From the human T2T-CHM13v2.0 reference genome, Homo sapiens: DNA of 64,000 bases. Of the stretch, positions 1 through 11,346 are shown one piece after another (position 1 is the first letter of the stretch; each line of letters opens with the position of its first letter). The position numbers and the translations under genes are program-made. The DNA lies in the NCBI RefSeq assembly GCF_009914755.1, contig NC_060929.1, one strand, 5' to 3'. The notes under the pieces are model-generated. The model made no database searches and was not told the DNA's origin. It saw nothing but the letters and a program-made list of their open reading frames with translations.

Positions 1-1175
1 CTATTCTATTACTCTTTCTTCTTTCCTTGCTCTATTGCTGACCATCTAGTTATTAACATAACCAAGTCAATTTCGCCTCACACTATTGCATTTAATGCTT
101 GCCTTGTTATACCCTGTGGGGACTTGCCAAGTCAAAGACAGCTCTCTACTTCAGAAAAGTACTTCTGTCCTTCCTGACTCTCCTCAGACTGGGCATTAGT
201 AAATTAGGACCATTTAATCTGGGGAAATTTCGATAAAGACTCCAGTGTCAACCAGGAGTCTTGCCCCCCAATGTACAGCTTTTATGCCATAGTTGGTCCA
301 ACGTTCTGTGGACAACTAAAGAGCAAGGATGGACTGCCCTAACTGGTTTTTATAATTTCCTAAAATCACACATTCATTTTACTAGAGGATTATAGAAGTT
401 AAAGACTTAAAACAAACTTTGGCAATTAAGACAGCATACCAAGTTGCAAATGCCTGGTTGGAATGGATCAAATATTCCATCTGCAGGTTAAACAAAAGCA
501 ATTGTTATGCTTGTGCACATGGCAGACCAGAGGCCCAGATTGTCCCCTTTCCTCTAGGGTGGTCCTCCAGTCGACCAGGCATGGGCTGCATGGTGGCTCT
601 TTTCCAGGATTCTACAGCCTGGAGTAATAAGTTGTGCCAAGCTCTCTCTGCTATATCCCAAAGTTCAGCACCTTGCAGGTCAGCCCCTGAGGGCCATCCA
701 GCCTCCGTCTCCCAACACTAAGTTCACTTCATGTCTCTCACCACAGGGAGGAAACTTAACATTCCTTGGAGACCTGAAGAGATGCAGTGAGCTTAAAAAT
801 TTTCAAGAGCTTATCAATCAGTCAGCCCTTATTCATCCCTGAGCAGATGTGTGGTGTTATTGTGGTGGACCTTTATTGGGCACTCTGCTGAATAACTGGA
901 GTGGCACTTGTACTTTAGTCCAATTGGCTATCCCTTTCACCCTGGCATTTCATCAACCAGAGGGAGGAAAAATAAGACATCATGAAGCGAGAGACACCCC
1001 TTATTGGTCTTTAGACTCTCACATCCATTTAGATGCAATTAGATTTCCACGGGAAATACCAGATCAATTTAAAGCTTGAAATCAAATAGCTGCAGGATTT
1101 GAGTCAACATTTTGGTGGGTGACAGTTAATAAAAATGTAAATTGGATAAACTACATCTATTACGACCAGCAGCAA
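1..1175 (+). pseudogene. env: Decayed class I ERV env fragment (MER4/MER57-group-like), SU to start of TM
   Basis: Translations TIAFNACLVIPCG, NAWLEWIKYS..NKSNCYAC (CxxC), WCYCGG..GTCTLVQL, DAIRFPREIPDQFKA*NQIAAGFES..NWINYIYY; several stops and frameshifts. Confidence 0.75.
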
Positions 1176-1740
1176 TGAGCTTTTCATGAGTTAAAAGAAA
1201 AAGTCATGTCGGCCACAGCCCTGGGGCTACCTGACCTAACAAAACCCTTTACACCCTATGCATCAGAAAGAAAAAAAATGGCAGTTGGAGTTTTAACCCA
1301 GACTGTGGGGCCCTGGCCAAGGCCAGTGGTCTAGCTCTCAAAACAACTAGATGGGGTTTCCAAAGGCTGGCCCCCATGTCTAAGGGCCTGGCAGCAATAG
1401 CCATGTTAGCACAAGAAGCAGATAAACTAACCCTTAGGCAAAACCTGAATATAAAGGCCCCCCATGCTGTGGTAACTTTAATGACTACCGAAGGACGTCA
1501 CTGGTTAACAAATGCTAGATTAACCAAGTACCAAAGCTTGCTATGTGAAAGTCTCTGCATAACCATTGAAGTTTGCAACACCCTAAACCCCACCACCTTG
1601 CTCCCTGTATCAGAGAGTCCAGTTGAACATAACTGTGTAGAGGTGTTGGACTCAGTTTATTCTAGCAGGCCCAACCTCTGAAACCATCCTTGAACATCAG
1701 TAGACTGTGAGCAGTACGTGGATGGGAGCAGCTTCACCAA
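1167..1740 (+). pseudogene. pol: Gammaretrovirus-like pol fragment (RT connection/tether to first RNase H motif)
   Basis: AFHELKEK..ALGLPDLTKPF..AVGVLTQ..PWPRPV..LSKQLD..GWPPCLRALAA..HWLTNARLTKYQ..TLNPTTLLP..YVDGSSF; interrupted by stops. Confidence 0.88.
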
Positions 1741-1813
1741 TCCCTGCAAAGTGACTCTGAAGAAGATGACTAGCCCTGCTCCAGAAGCTGACTGGTCCAC
1801 ACATGGCAGAAGC

Positions 1814-3875
1814 ATGAGAAAACTCATCATGGGACTCATTTTCCTTAAAATTTGGACTTGTACAGTAAGGATTTTAACTGACCTTTCTCAGACTGAGGAC
1901 TGTTCCCAGTGTATACATCAAGTCACTGATGTAGGACAAAAAGTTGCTACAGTCCTATTATTTTATGATTATTATAAGTGTACTGGGACTCTAAAAAAAA
2001 AAAAAACTTGTTTGTATAATGCTATTCTATTAACAGTATGTAGCCCAGGAAATGACCAACCTGATGTGTGTTATGACCCATCCGAGCCTCCCATGAACAC
2101 AGTTTTTGAAATAAGATTAAGGACTGAGGACTGGTAAAGGCTCATAAATGATACGAGTAAAGTGTTAGCCAAAACAAAAGAAAAAGGGGTGCCCAAACAA
2201 GTCACCTTGAAGTTTGATGCCTGTGCTGTCATTAATAGTAATAAGTTAGAAATAAGATGTGGTTCTCTTAATTAAAAAAGAGGCTATATGGCAGAAAATA
2301 AGTACATTTGTCATGAACTAGGACTGTGTAAAAATAAATGTGGATACTGGTTTTATGTCGTTTAGGCTACTTACATAAAAAATAAAAAGGATCCTGTCCA
2401 TCCTCAGAAAAAAAAAAGTGGCCCTTCCTATACCAGTGGTCAGTTTAACCCCTTAGAACTAGTAATAACCAACCCCCTTGATCCTTGCTGGAAAAAAGGG
2501 GAGTGTGTAACCCTAGGAATCGATAGGGCTGGACTGGATCCTCGAGTAAATATCATGGTTTGAGAAGTTTATAAACGCTCTCTTGAGCCAGTATTTCAAA
2601 CCTTCTGTGATAAACTGAATGTGCCAGTACCAGAAATTCCAGGAAAAACAAGAAATTTGTTTTTGCAATTAGCTGAGCATGTAGCCCAGTCTCTCAATGT
2701 CATTTCATGTTATGTATGTAGAACTGTAATAGGAGATCAATGGCCATGGAAAGCCCGAGGATTAGTACCTACAGATCCAGTTCCTGATGAATTCCCAGCT
2801 CAGAAGAATCACCCTGATAACTTCTGGGTCCTAAAAGCCTCAATCAGTAGACAATACTTTATAGCAAAAGTGAGGAAGGACTTCACCCTTCCTGTAGGAA
2901 GACTCAGCTGCCTTAGGCAAAAACTATAATAATACTACAAAAACAGCCACCTAGTGGAGTTCAAAGCATGCTAAGAAAAATCCATTTAGTAAATTCCCAA
3001 AGTTGCAAACTGTGTGAACCCACCCGGAGTCCCACCAGGACTGGACAGCCCCTACTGGATTACAGTGGATATGGGGGTCTAGGGCTTACACCAAATTACC
3101 CAACCAGTAGGCAGGTAGTTGTGTTATTGGCACTATTAAACCATCTTTCTTCCTACTGCCCATAAAGACAGGTGAACTCCTAGGCTTTCCTGTCTGTGCT
3201 TCCCACAAAAAGAAAAGCATAGCTATAAAAAATTAAAAAGATGATAAATGGCCCCCTGAGAGGATCATACAATATTATATGCCTGGTACTTGGGCACAAG
3301 ACAGCTTGTGAGGATACCTGACCCCCATTTACATGCTCAACTGAATCATACGGTTACAAGCTGTCTTAGAAATAATCACTATTAAGACCGGCAAAGCCTT
3401 GACTATTCTGGCCTGGCAAGAAACTCAGATGAGAAACGCTATCTATCAAAATAGATTAGCTCTCAACTACTTGCTAGCAGCTGAAAGAAGGGTCTGTAGA
3501 AAATTTAACCTTACTAATTGCTGTCTACATATAGGTGATCAAAGGCAAGTAGTTGAAGACATAGTTAGAAATATGGCAAAACTGGCACATGTGCCCGTGC
3601 AAGTGTAGCATGGATTTGATCCTAAGGCTATGTTTGGAAAATGGTTCCCAGCACTAAAAAGATTTAAAACTCTTATAATAAGAGTTATAATAGTAATAAA
3701 AACCTGCTTATTGCTCCCTTGTTTGCTACCTGTACTTCTTCAAATGATAAAAAGCTTCATTGCTACCTTAGTTCACCAAAATGCTTCAGCACAAGTGTGC
3801 TATATGAATCACTATTGATCTGTCTTGCAAGAAGACATAGATAGTGAAAATGAAAATGAGAACTCCCACTATTGA
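1814..3875 (+). pseudogene. env: HERV-E/ERV3-like env pseudogene (signal peptide, SU, TM)
   Basis: ATG at 1814 (MRKLIMGLIFLKIW..CSQCIHQ), CYVC motif at ~2707, degraded furin site at ~3202-3218, immunosuppressive domain [21 protein letters not shown], hydrophobic TM. Many premature stops. Confidence 0.88.
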
Positions 3876-3898
3876 GTGAGATTCTCAAAGGGGGGGAA

Positions 3899-4353
3899 TA
3901 AGGGAGGAGACCACCCCTCATATTGTCTTATGCCCAATTTCTGCCTCCAAAGAAAGAAGTAAAAACTAAAAGACAGAGATGAAATCCACAGGCAGACAGC
4001 CCGGTGCCGCACCTGGGCCTGGTCAAAGATCAACCCCTGACCTAACTGGTTATATTAGCTATGGATTCCAGACATTGTATGGAAAAGTGTTGTGAAAATC
4101 CCTGTCTTGTTCCGTTCCGTTCTAATTACTGGTGCATGCAGCCCCCAGTCATGTACCCACTGCTTGCTCAATTGATCATGACCCTCTTACGTGGACCCCC
4201 TTAGAATTGTGAGCCTTTAAAGGGACAGGAATTGCTCACTCGGGGAGCTCGGTTTTTGGAGACTTGAGTTTTGCCAAAGCTCCCAGCCGAATAAAGCCCT
4301 TCCTTCTTTAACTCGGTGTCTGAGGGGTTTTGTCTGCAGCTCGTCCTGCTACA
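3899..4353 (+). mobile_element. LTR2 (HERV-E/Harlequin) 3' LTR
   Basis: Starts taagggaggagaccacccctcatattgtc, ends gctcgtcctgctaca; TATA-like tttaaa ~4216, AATAAA ~4290; preceded by PPT. Confidence 0.92.
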
Positions 4354-4553
4354 AAACAGTCTTTCTGCCTCAGCCTCCTGAGTAGCTGGGACTATAGGTG
4401 TGCACTGCCATACCCAACTGATTTTGAAACTTTTAGTAGAGACAAGGTCTCACTATGTTGCCCAGGCTGGTCTCAAACTCCTGGCCCCAAGCACTTCTCC
4501 TGCTTTAGCTTCCCAAAGTGCTGGGATTACATGTGTAAGCTGCAATGCCTGGT
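4354..4553 (-). mobile_element. AluJ remnant interrupted by the provirus
   Basis: Antisense Alu begins mid right arm (ctgcctcagcctcctgagtagctggg) immediately after the LTR end; left arm complete. Confidence 0.85.
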
Positions 4554-6135
4554 GAGTATTATCTTTGTAATGTGCTATTGAATTTGATTTGCTAGTATTT
4601 TGTTGAGGATTTTTGCATCTATGTTCATCAGGAATATTGATCTATAGTTTTATTTTTTTGCTATGTCCTTGTCTGGTTTTGGTATTAGGGTGATATTGAT
4701 CTCATAGCATGAATTAGGGATAATTCCTTCCTCCTCAATTTTTTTTTAATAGTTTCAGGAAGACTGACATTAATTCTTCTTTGTATAGTTGGTAGAATTT
4801 GAGTGTGAATCCATCTGGTTCTGGGCTTTTTTGTTGGGGGAAGATTTTTTAAATTATTGACTAAATTTTGCTATTCATTATTGGTCTGTTTAGGAGTTTT
4901 ATTTCTTCCCGGATCAATCTTGGAAGGTTATATGTTTCCAGGAATTTATCCATTTCCTCTAGGTTTTCTAGTTTGTTAACATATAGTCGTTCATAATAGT
5001 CTCTGATGATCTTTTGTATTTCTGTGGTATCAGTTGTGATGTCTCCTTTTTCATTTCTGATTGTGTTTATTTGGATCCTCTCTCTTTTTGATTAATCTAG
5101 ATAGTGGTTTATCAATTTTGTTTATCTTTTTGAACAACCACCTTTTTATTTCATTGATCTTTTTTTCTGGTCTCATTTTATTTAGTTCTGCTCTGATCTT
5201 TGTTATTTGTTTCCTTCAGCTAACTTTGGGTTTGGTTTGTTCTTGTTTTTCTAGTTCTGTGAGGTGTGCCATTAGGTTGTTAATTTGTGATCTTTCTGCT
5301 TTTTTGATGTAGGCATTTAATACTGCAAAATTTACTCAGCATTGCTTTTGTAGTGTCCCATGGGTTTTGGTATGTTGTCTTTTCATTTTCATTAGTTTTA
5401 ATTTTTTTAAATTTTCCATTTAAATTTCTTTATTGACCCAGTAATCATTCAGGAGCATGCTGTTCAATTTTCATATATTTGAATAGTTTCTGAAGTTCCT
5501 CTTGGTATTGATTTCTAGGTTTATTCCACTGTAGTCTGAGAAGATACTTGGTATGATTTTTATTTTTAAAAAATTGTTAAGACTTGCTTTGTGGCCTAAA
5601 CATGGTCTATCTTGAAGAATATTCCATTTGCTGATAAAAAGAAGGTACATTTTATAGTTGTTGGGTAGCATGTCATATAAATAATTGATAAGTCCATTTT
5701 GTCTAAAGTCCAATTTAAGTTCAATGTTTCTTTGTTAATTTTATGTCTCAATTACCTATCTAGTGCTATGAGTGGAGTGCTAAAATCTCCCACTGTTATT
5801 ATAGTGTTGTCTATTTCTTTAGATCTAGTAACATTTGTTTTGTGAATTTGGGTGCTCTGATGTTGGGTGCCTATATATTTAGGTTTGTTATATCCTCCTG
5901 CTGATTTGATCCCTTTATTTTTATATAATTACCTTCTTTGTCTTTTATTACCATTTTTTATTTATAACTTGTTTTATTTGATATAAGTATAGCTACTTCT
6001 GTTCACTTTTGGTTTCTGTTTGTGTGGAATATCTTTTTCCATACCTTTACTTTTATCAGTCTATGTGTGTCTTTATGGATAAGATGACTTTCTTGTAGAC
6101 AGCATATTCTTGGATCATTAAAAAAACCCATTCTG
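4554..6135 (-). mobile_element. Old L1 (L1M/L1MA-type) ORF2 segment
   Basis: Antisense L1 ORF2 homology; ORF 5471-5713 KIKIIPSIFSDYSGINLEIN matches the endonuclease end (SDH motif). Confidence 0.88.
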
Positions 6136-8678
6136 TTTTTTTTCAAGATAGTGGATAGGAGGTAGTGTTAGTGTCCTTCTCCCACTTGAAAGGACAGAAT
6201 AGTGGGTGGAGATTCATACTGTTAATTTTTTTTCCATGAATTACCACAGGAACTTGTCAGGAAAACTGAAAGAATTCACAGAGCCTTTGAAAGAAGCAGC
6301 AGGCCTACTCCATGAGATAGGTGAAAAATTAAAAGTTCCCAGAGTGTGCGAGGGGGAGAACCTGCATCTAAACACACATCCCTACTGGGGAATCTGAAAA
6401 CCCAGATCATGGGAGAAGGCCTTAACCCTACTGAGAGCTGGAACAAATTTAGGGAGAAAAGTGAGATATTAAAGTAGAAGCAGCAGTGGGAAGTGCCTTG
6501 TAGGCATTCACAATCTGCAGCATGAGCCCAGGGAAGCTATTCCTGATTATTTCCCACAGGTGCCCTTGCGGAAGTTAGCCAATGAACCCAGGGAGGGGTC
6601 ACAGAGTGAAAGAAGCTCCCAACTGAATTTTGTGATATAATTTTGAGTGGGAACAAACTCTCTTGAACAGAATCCAGGAGTGAGCAGGAAGTATGCTGCA
6701 GACACAAACACAGAAGCTGGGTGCCTGCCTTCCGGGCAGATGGGGAAGGGAATGGCCTTAAAGCTGTTATTGCTGTCTCTCTGGGGGAGCTTATGGCTTG
6801 GGTCAGGTCTGAGTTCTGTGTGCAGACTGCCTGGATCTAAACCTGGTGCTGTTAGCGGGACACTGTGGGAGTGAGACCAGCCTCACCAACTGTGTGGGAG
6901 CTGGGTGGGACCTACTGCTGTCAGCTAATCCTCACTCCCTTTGTGAACTCTTCTGCACAGTAGAGACAGTTATACTTTCTTCTGGAACATTATCCTGGTG
7001 GCCTGGGAACCACCCTCTGTTCCCCACAGTGGCTGAGGCAGGCCCCGGACAAGGAGAGTCTGAGCTCAGACCTGCCTAATCCTGACCCTACCTGATGGTA
7101 TTTCTCTACCTGCCCTGGTAACTTAACACAAAGACATAAACTTTTGGGAGCTTTATAGCCCTATCCATTGCCTGAGAAGCTAGAATACTTCCCCTGGACA
7201 ATTTAGGAAAAGCTTAAATCCTACTGCTAGTAATGCAGCTGGTACTCTTTTGCAAGTGCTACCTCCCAGCTGGAGGCCAACCAACTCAGGCCATTACAGC
7301 ACCTCTCAACAGAATAACACTGCACCCAGGGAAGAGAAAATGATGCCTGCAACATGCTGGCTAACCAGAGGTCCTGAGTCTGTCCATGTCACAAATTCAC
7401 TGCTAGCATAACTGGCATTTGAGAAATCCAGCATGCTAAACCTATTTACAACCAAGGAGTCTCATAGAGTCTACGTCACTCCCCTGCTGTCACTATCAGA
7501 GCAGATGCTGGGTATCCACTGCTGGGAGACCTGAAATATTCCTCAGCACCAGCCCAAAGCCTGGTAGTCCCACTGGTGGGCTAGACCCAGAAGAGCAATA
7601 ATTACCACTGCAGTCCAGCTCTCAGGAAGCCCTAGTCCTGGCGGAAGTGGGAGAGCATCACATCAATGGATCACCCTATGGGACAAAATAATCCAAATGG
7701 TGGGCCTTTAGTCCCAGATCTTTCTACTGGTGGGAAGTTTCTTATAGCAGAGACACAGTTGCAGAGCTGGGCACAGTAGGGAAAATCTGTATGCCTATGT
7801 CAACCGGCAGGCAGCCTCTGTGATCATAAAGGGCCTTGGAGAAGGGGTCCTTGTTCCCCCGGCACACTACTGCAGACACAGCTGGGGCTTCTCCCATGGG
7901 AATGAAGCATGGATGCATCTGTAGGCAGCCTTCCTGGTACAATTTAGGGTGATTGTAGCCCCATAGGAGGAGCACTCCCTAGATTCAGGCCTGCATGAGA
8001 AGCAGAGTCACAATTCCTCCATAGTTGGAAGATTAACATTTCTACAATGAAAAGAGGTGCTTATATGATCTGAATAGCTGGAACACTGGGACAGGAGTGA
8101 GGCTGTGAGGTGAATAGCCTACCTGCTGGCCTGGCAGGGGAATTGAGGTATCTCCCACTCTTCATTTTGATAAAATCTCTGAACATCTAATTGAGAGCTT
8201 CCCTAGCCACATTCATCAAGGGTGGGACTTCTGCTCTCCAGTGGGTATTATATCTACAAACCTGCTTTAGCTACAACCAGTGCCTACCTAAGGATACCTC
8301 CCTTATTGGCCTGAAGCCTGAATCATCAACTCAGTAAATAAAATACTGGGAACAATTAAACAAATAAAGTGAATACTATGAGAGAATGAGATAAGCCTCA
8401 AGATATTGCTACCATTCCAGCCCCATAGGACACAGTGAACTGGCCCACACTCCAAGTACCTAACTACTACAACCAGAGCACAAAGACTCTCTATGATAAA
8501 GGAACTCATACAGTGTTTTCCCCCTAAAAGCACCAGGAATCAAATTATGTTAAAATAAACTGTAAACATTAAAGTCAGAAAGTCTGATCCTTAAAAGGGG
8601 GAAAAACAGAAATAGAAAAAAACCCCACAGTCAAAACAAAAAAAAATTAAGAATAATTTGAAGAAATAGTCTACCTAA

Positions 8679-9676
8679 ATAAGAAGGAACCAGAAAAGTA
8701 ATTCTTTGAATATGAAAAAACAGGGTTCTATAACACCCCCAAAAGATCATTCTAGTTCCCCAGAAATGGATCCAAACCAAGAAGAAATTTCTGAAATGCC
8801 AGATAAATAATCAGAAGGTTGATTATTAAGCTACTCAAGGATATACCAGAGAAAGGTGAAAACCAACTTAAAGAATTTTTAAAAATTCAGAATATGAATG
8901 AAAACTTTTTCAGAGAAATAGATATCATAAAGAAACAATCAGAACTTCTGGAAATGAAAGATACACTTAGGGAAATACAAAATGCGGTGGAAAGTTTCAA
9001 CAATAGACTAGAATAGGTAGCAAAAAGAATTTCAGAACTCGAAGATAAGGCTTTTGAATTAACCCAATTAAACAAAGACAGAGAAAGAAAATAAAAATAG
9101 GACAAAGTCTCTAAAAATATGGGATTATGTAAAATGGCCAAACCTAAGAATAATTGGTGTTCCTGAGGGAGAAGAGAAATCTAAAAGTTTGGAAAACTTA
9201 TTTGAGGGAATAACTGAGGAAAACTTCCCTGGCCTTTCTAGAGAGCTAGACATCCAGACACAAGAAACTCAATAACACCTGGGAAATTCATTGTAAAAAG
9301 ATTATCCCCAAGGCACATAGTCATCAGACTATCTAGTGTGAAAATGAAGGAAAGAATCTTAAGAGCAGTGAGAAAAAAATATCAAGTAACCTACAGAGGA
9401 AAACCTATTACATTAACAGCAAATTTCTCAGCAGAAACCTTACCAGCCAGAAGGGATTTGGGTACTATCTTTAGCTTCCTTAAACAAAATAATTGTCAGC
9501 CAAGAATTTTGTATGCAGCAAAACTAAGCTTCATAATTGAAGGAGAGACAAAGTCTTTTTCAGACAAACAGATGCTGAGAGAATTTGCCACTACCAAACC
9601 AGCACTACAAGAAATGCTAAAGAGTTCTAATTCACTAAACAAAACCTCAGTATACACCAAAATAGAACCTCCTTAA
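8679..9676 (+). pseudogene. L1 ORF1 remnant
   Basis: Coiled-coil ELLEMKDTLREIQNAVESFNNRLE and C-terminal KERILRAVRKK..PRILYAAKLSF..FSDKQMLREFATTKPALQEMLK; frameshifted. Confidence 0.88.
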
Positions 9677-10245
9677 AGCATAAATCTCACATGCCCTGCA
9701 AAACAGTAACGCAATGAAAAAAACAAAGTATCTAGGCAACAACTAACATGATGAATAGAACAGCACCTCACATCTCCATATTAACTTTGAATGTAAATGG
9801 CCCAAATGCTCCACTTGAGAGATAAAGAATGGCAGAATGGATAAAAATGCACCAACTAAATATTTACTGTCTTCAAGAGACCCACCTAACACATAAAGAC
9901 TCACATAAACTTAAGGTAAAGGGGTGGAAAAAAACATTTTACGCAAATGGAAAAACCAAAAGCAAGCAGGAGTAGCTATTCTTATATCAGACAAAACAGA
10001 CTTTAAAGCAACAATAGTGAAAAAAGACAATGAAAGACATTATATAATAATAAAAGGATTGGTCTGACAGGAAGATATTACAATCCTAAGTTTATATGCA
10101 CCTAATACCAGAGCTCCCAAATTTATAAAGCAATTACTATTATACCTGAGAAATTAGATAGGCAACAACAGAACAATGGTGGAGGACTTCAGTATTCCAC
10201 TGACAGCAATAAACAGATCATCAAAACAGAAAGTCAAAAAGAAAC

Positions 10246-11346
10246 TATTGTGGGAACCAGCCCCCAATATTTCAACATAGGTTCTTTCTATTTTCCCTAA
10301 GTGTTGGCCGGTCTGAGAAATAAAGAGAAAGAGTGCAAAGAGATAAATTTTACTGCTGGGCCTCCGGGGGTGTCATCATATAATGGTAGGACCATGATGG
10401 CGACCCTGAGCTGCAAAACCAGCAAGTTTTTATTGGGGATTTTAAAAAGGGAGGAGGTGTATGAACAGGGAGTAAGTCACAAAGATCACATGCTTCAAAG
10501 GGCAATAAGGATCACAAGGCTGAGGCAAAATTAGAATTACTGATGAGGGTCTGTGTCCTGCTGTGCACGCATTGTCTTGATAAGCATCTTAACAGGAAAC
10601 AGGGTTCTAGAGCAGAGAACCAGTCTGACTAGAATTTACCAGGCTGGAATTTCCCAATCCTAGTAAGCCTGAGGATACTGCAGGAGACCAGGGCATATTT
10701 CAGTCCTTATCTCAACTGCATAAGACAGACACTCCCAGAGTGGCCGTCTATAGACCTACCCCCAGGAATGCATTCCTTCCCCAGGGTTATTCCTTGCTGG
10801 GAAAAGAATTCAGTGATATTTCTCCTACTTGCACATCTGTCTATAGGCTTTCTGCAAGAAGAAAAATATGGCTGTATTCTGCTCGACCCCACAGGTAGTC
10901 AAACCTTATGGTTATCTTTCCTTGTTCCCTGCAAATTGCTGTTATTCTGTTTTTTTTTTTTTTTGCAAGGTGCACTGATTTCATATTGTTCAAACACCCA
11001 TGTTTTACAATCACATTTAATATTGTTCAAACACACATGTTCTGCAATCCATTTGTACACTAGTGGTCCTGAGGTGACATACATTCTCAGTTTACGAAGA
11101 TAACAGGATTAAGAGATTAAAGTAAAGACAGGCATAAGAAATTATAAGAGTATTATTAGGGAAGTGATAAATGTCCATGAAATCTTCACAATTTATGTTC
11201 AGAGATGGCAGTAAAGACAGGCATAAGAAATTATAAAAGTATTCATTTTGGGAACTGATAAATGTCCATGAAATCTTCACAATTTATGTTCTTCTGCTTC
11301 GGCTCCAGCTGGTCCCTCCATTAGGGGTCCATAACTTCCCACAACA
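10246..11346 (-). mobile_element. MER11 (MER11A-like) solo LTR, HERV-K11/HML-8
   Basis: Reverse strand begins tgttgtgggaagtt..ggagggaccagctggagcc..gaacataaattgtgaagatttcatggac; 6-bp TSD agaaac/agaagc; L1 ORF2 resumes after it. Confidence 0.9.

Larger units (their letters stand above)
1..3898 (+). mobile_element. Harlequin-type (HERV-E-related, ERV1) proviral internal region, 3' part; 5' end outside window
   Basis: Decayed env, pol and second env homology in sequence, then a polypurine tract (aaagggggggaa, ~3887-3898) directly before an LTR2. The mosaic internal region with LTR2 fits Harlequin. Confidence 0.85.

Noticed and set aside
1814-3875. Domesticated, syncytin-like functional env
   Set aside because: Numerous stops and frameshifts, degraded furin site and substituted glycines; no long ORF.
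11121-11291. ~90-bp tandem repeat resembling an array
   Set aside because: Two diverged copies that are a normal internal feature of the MER11 LTR consensus; not CRISPR-like.
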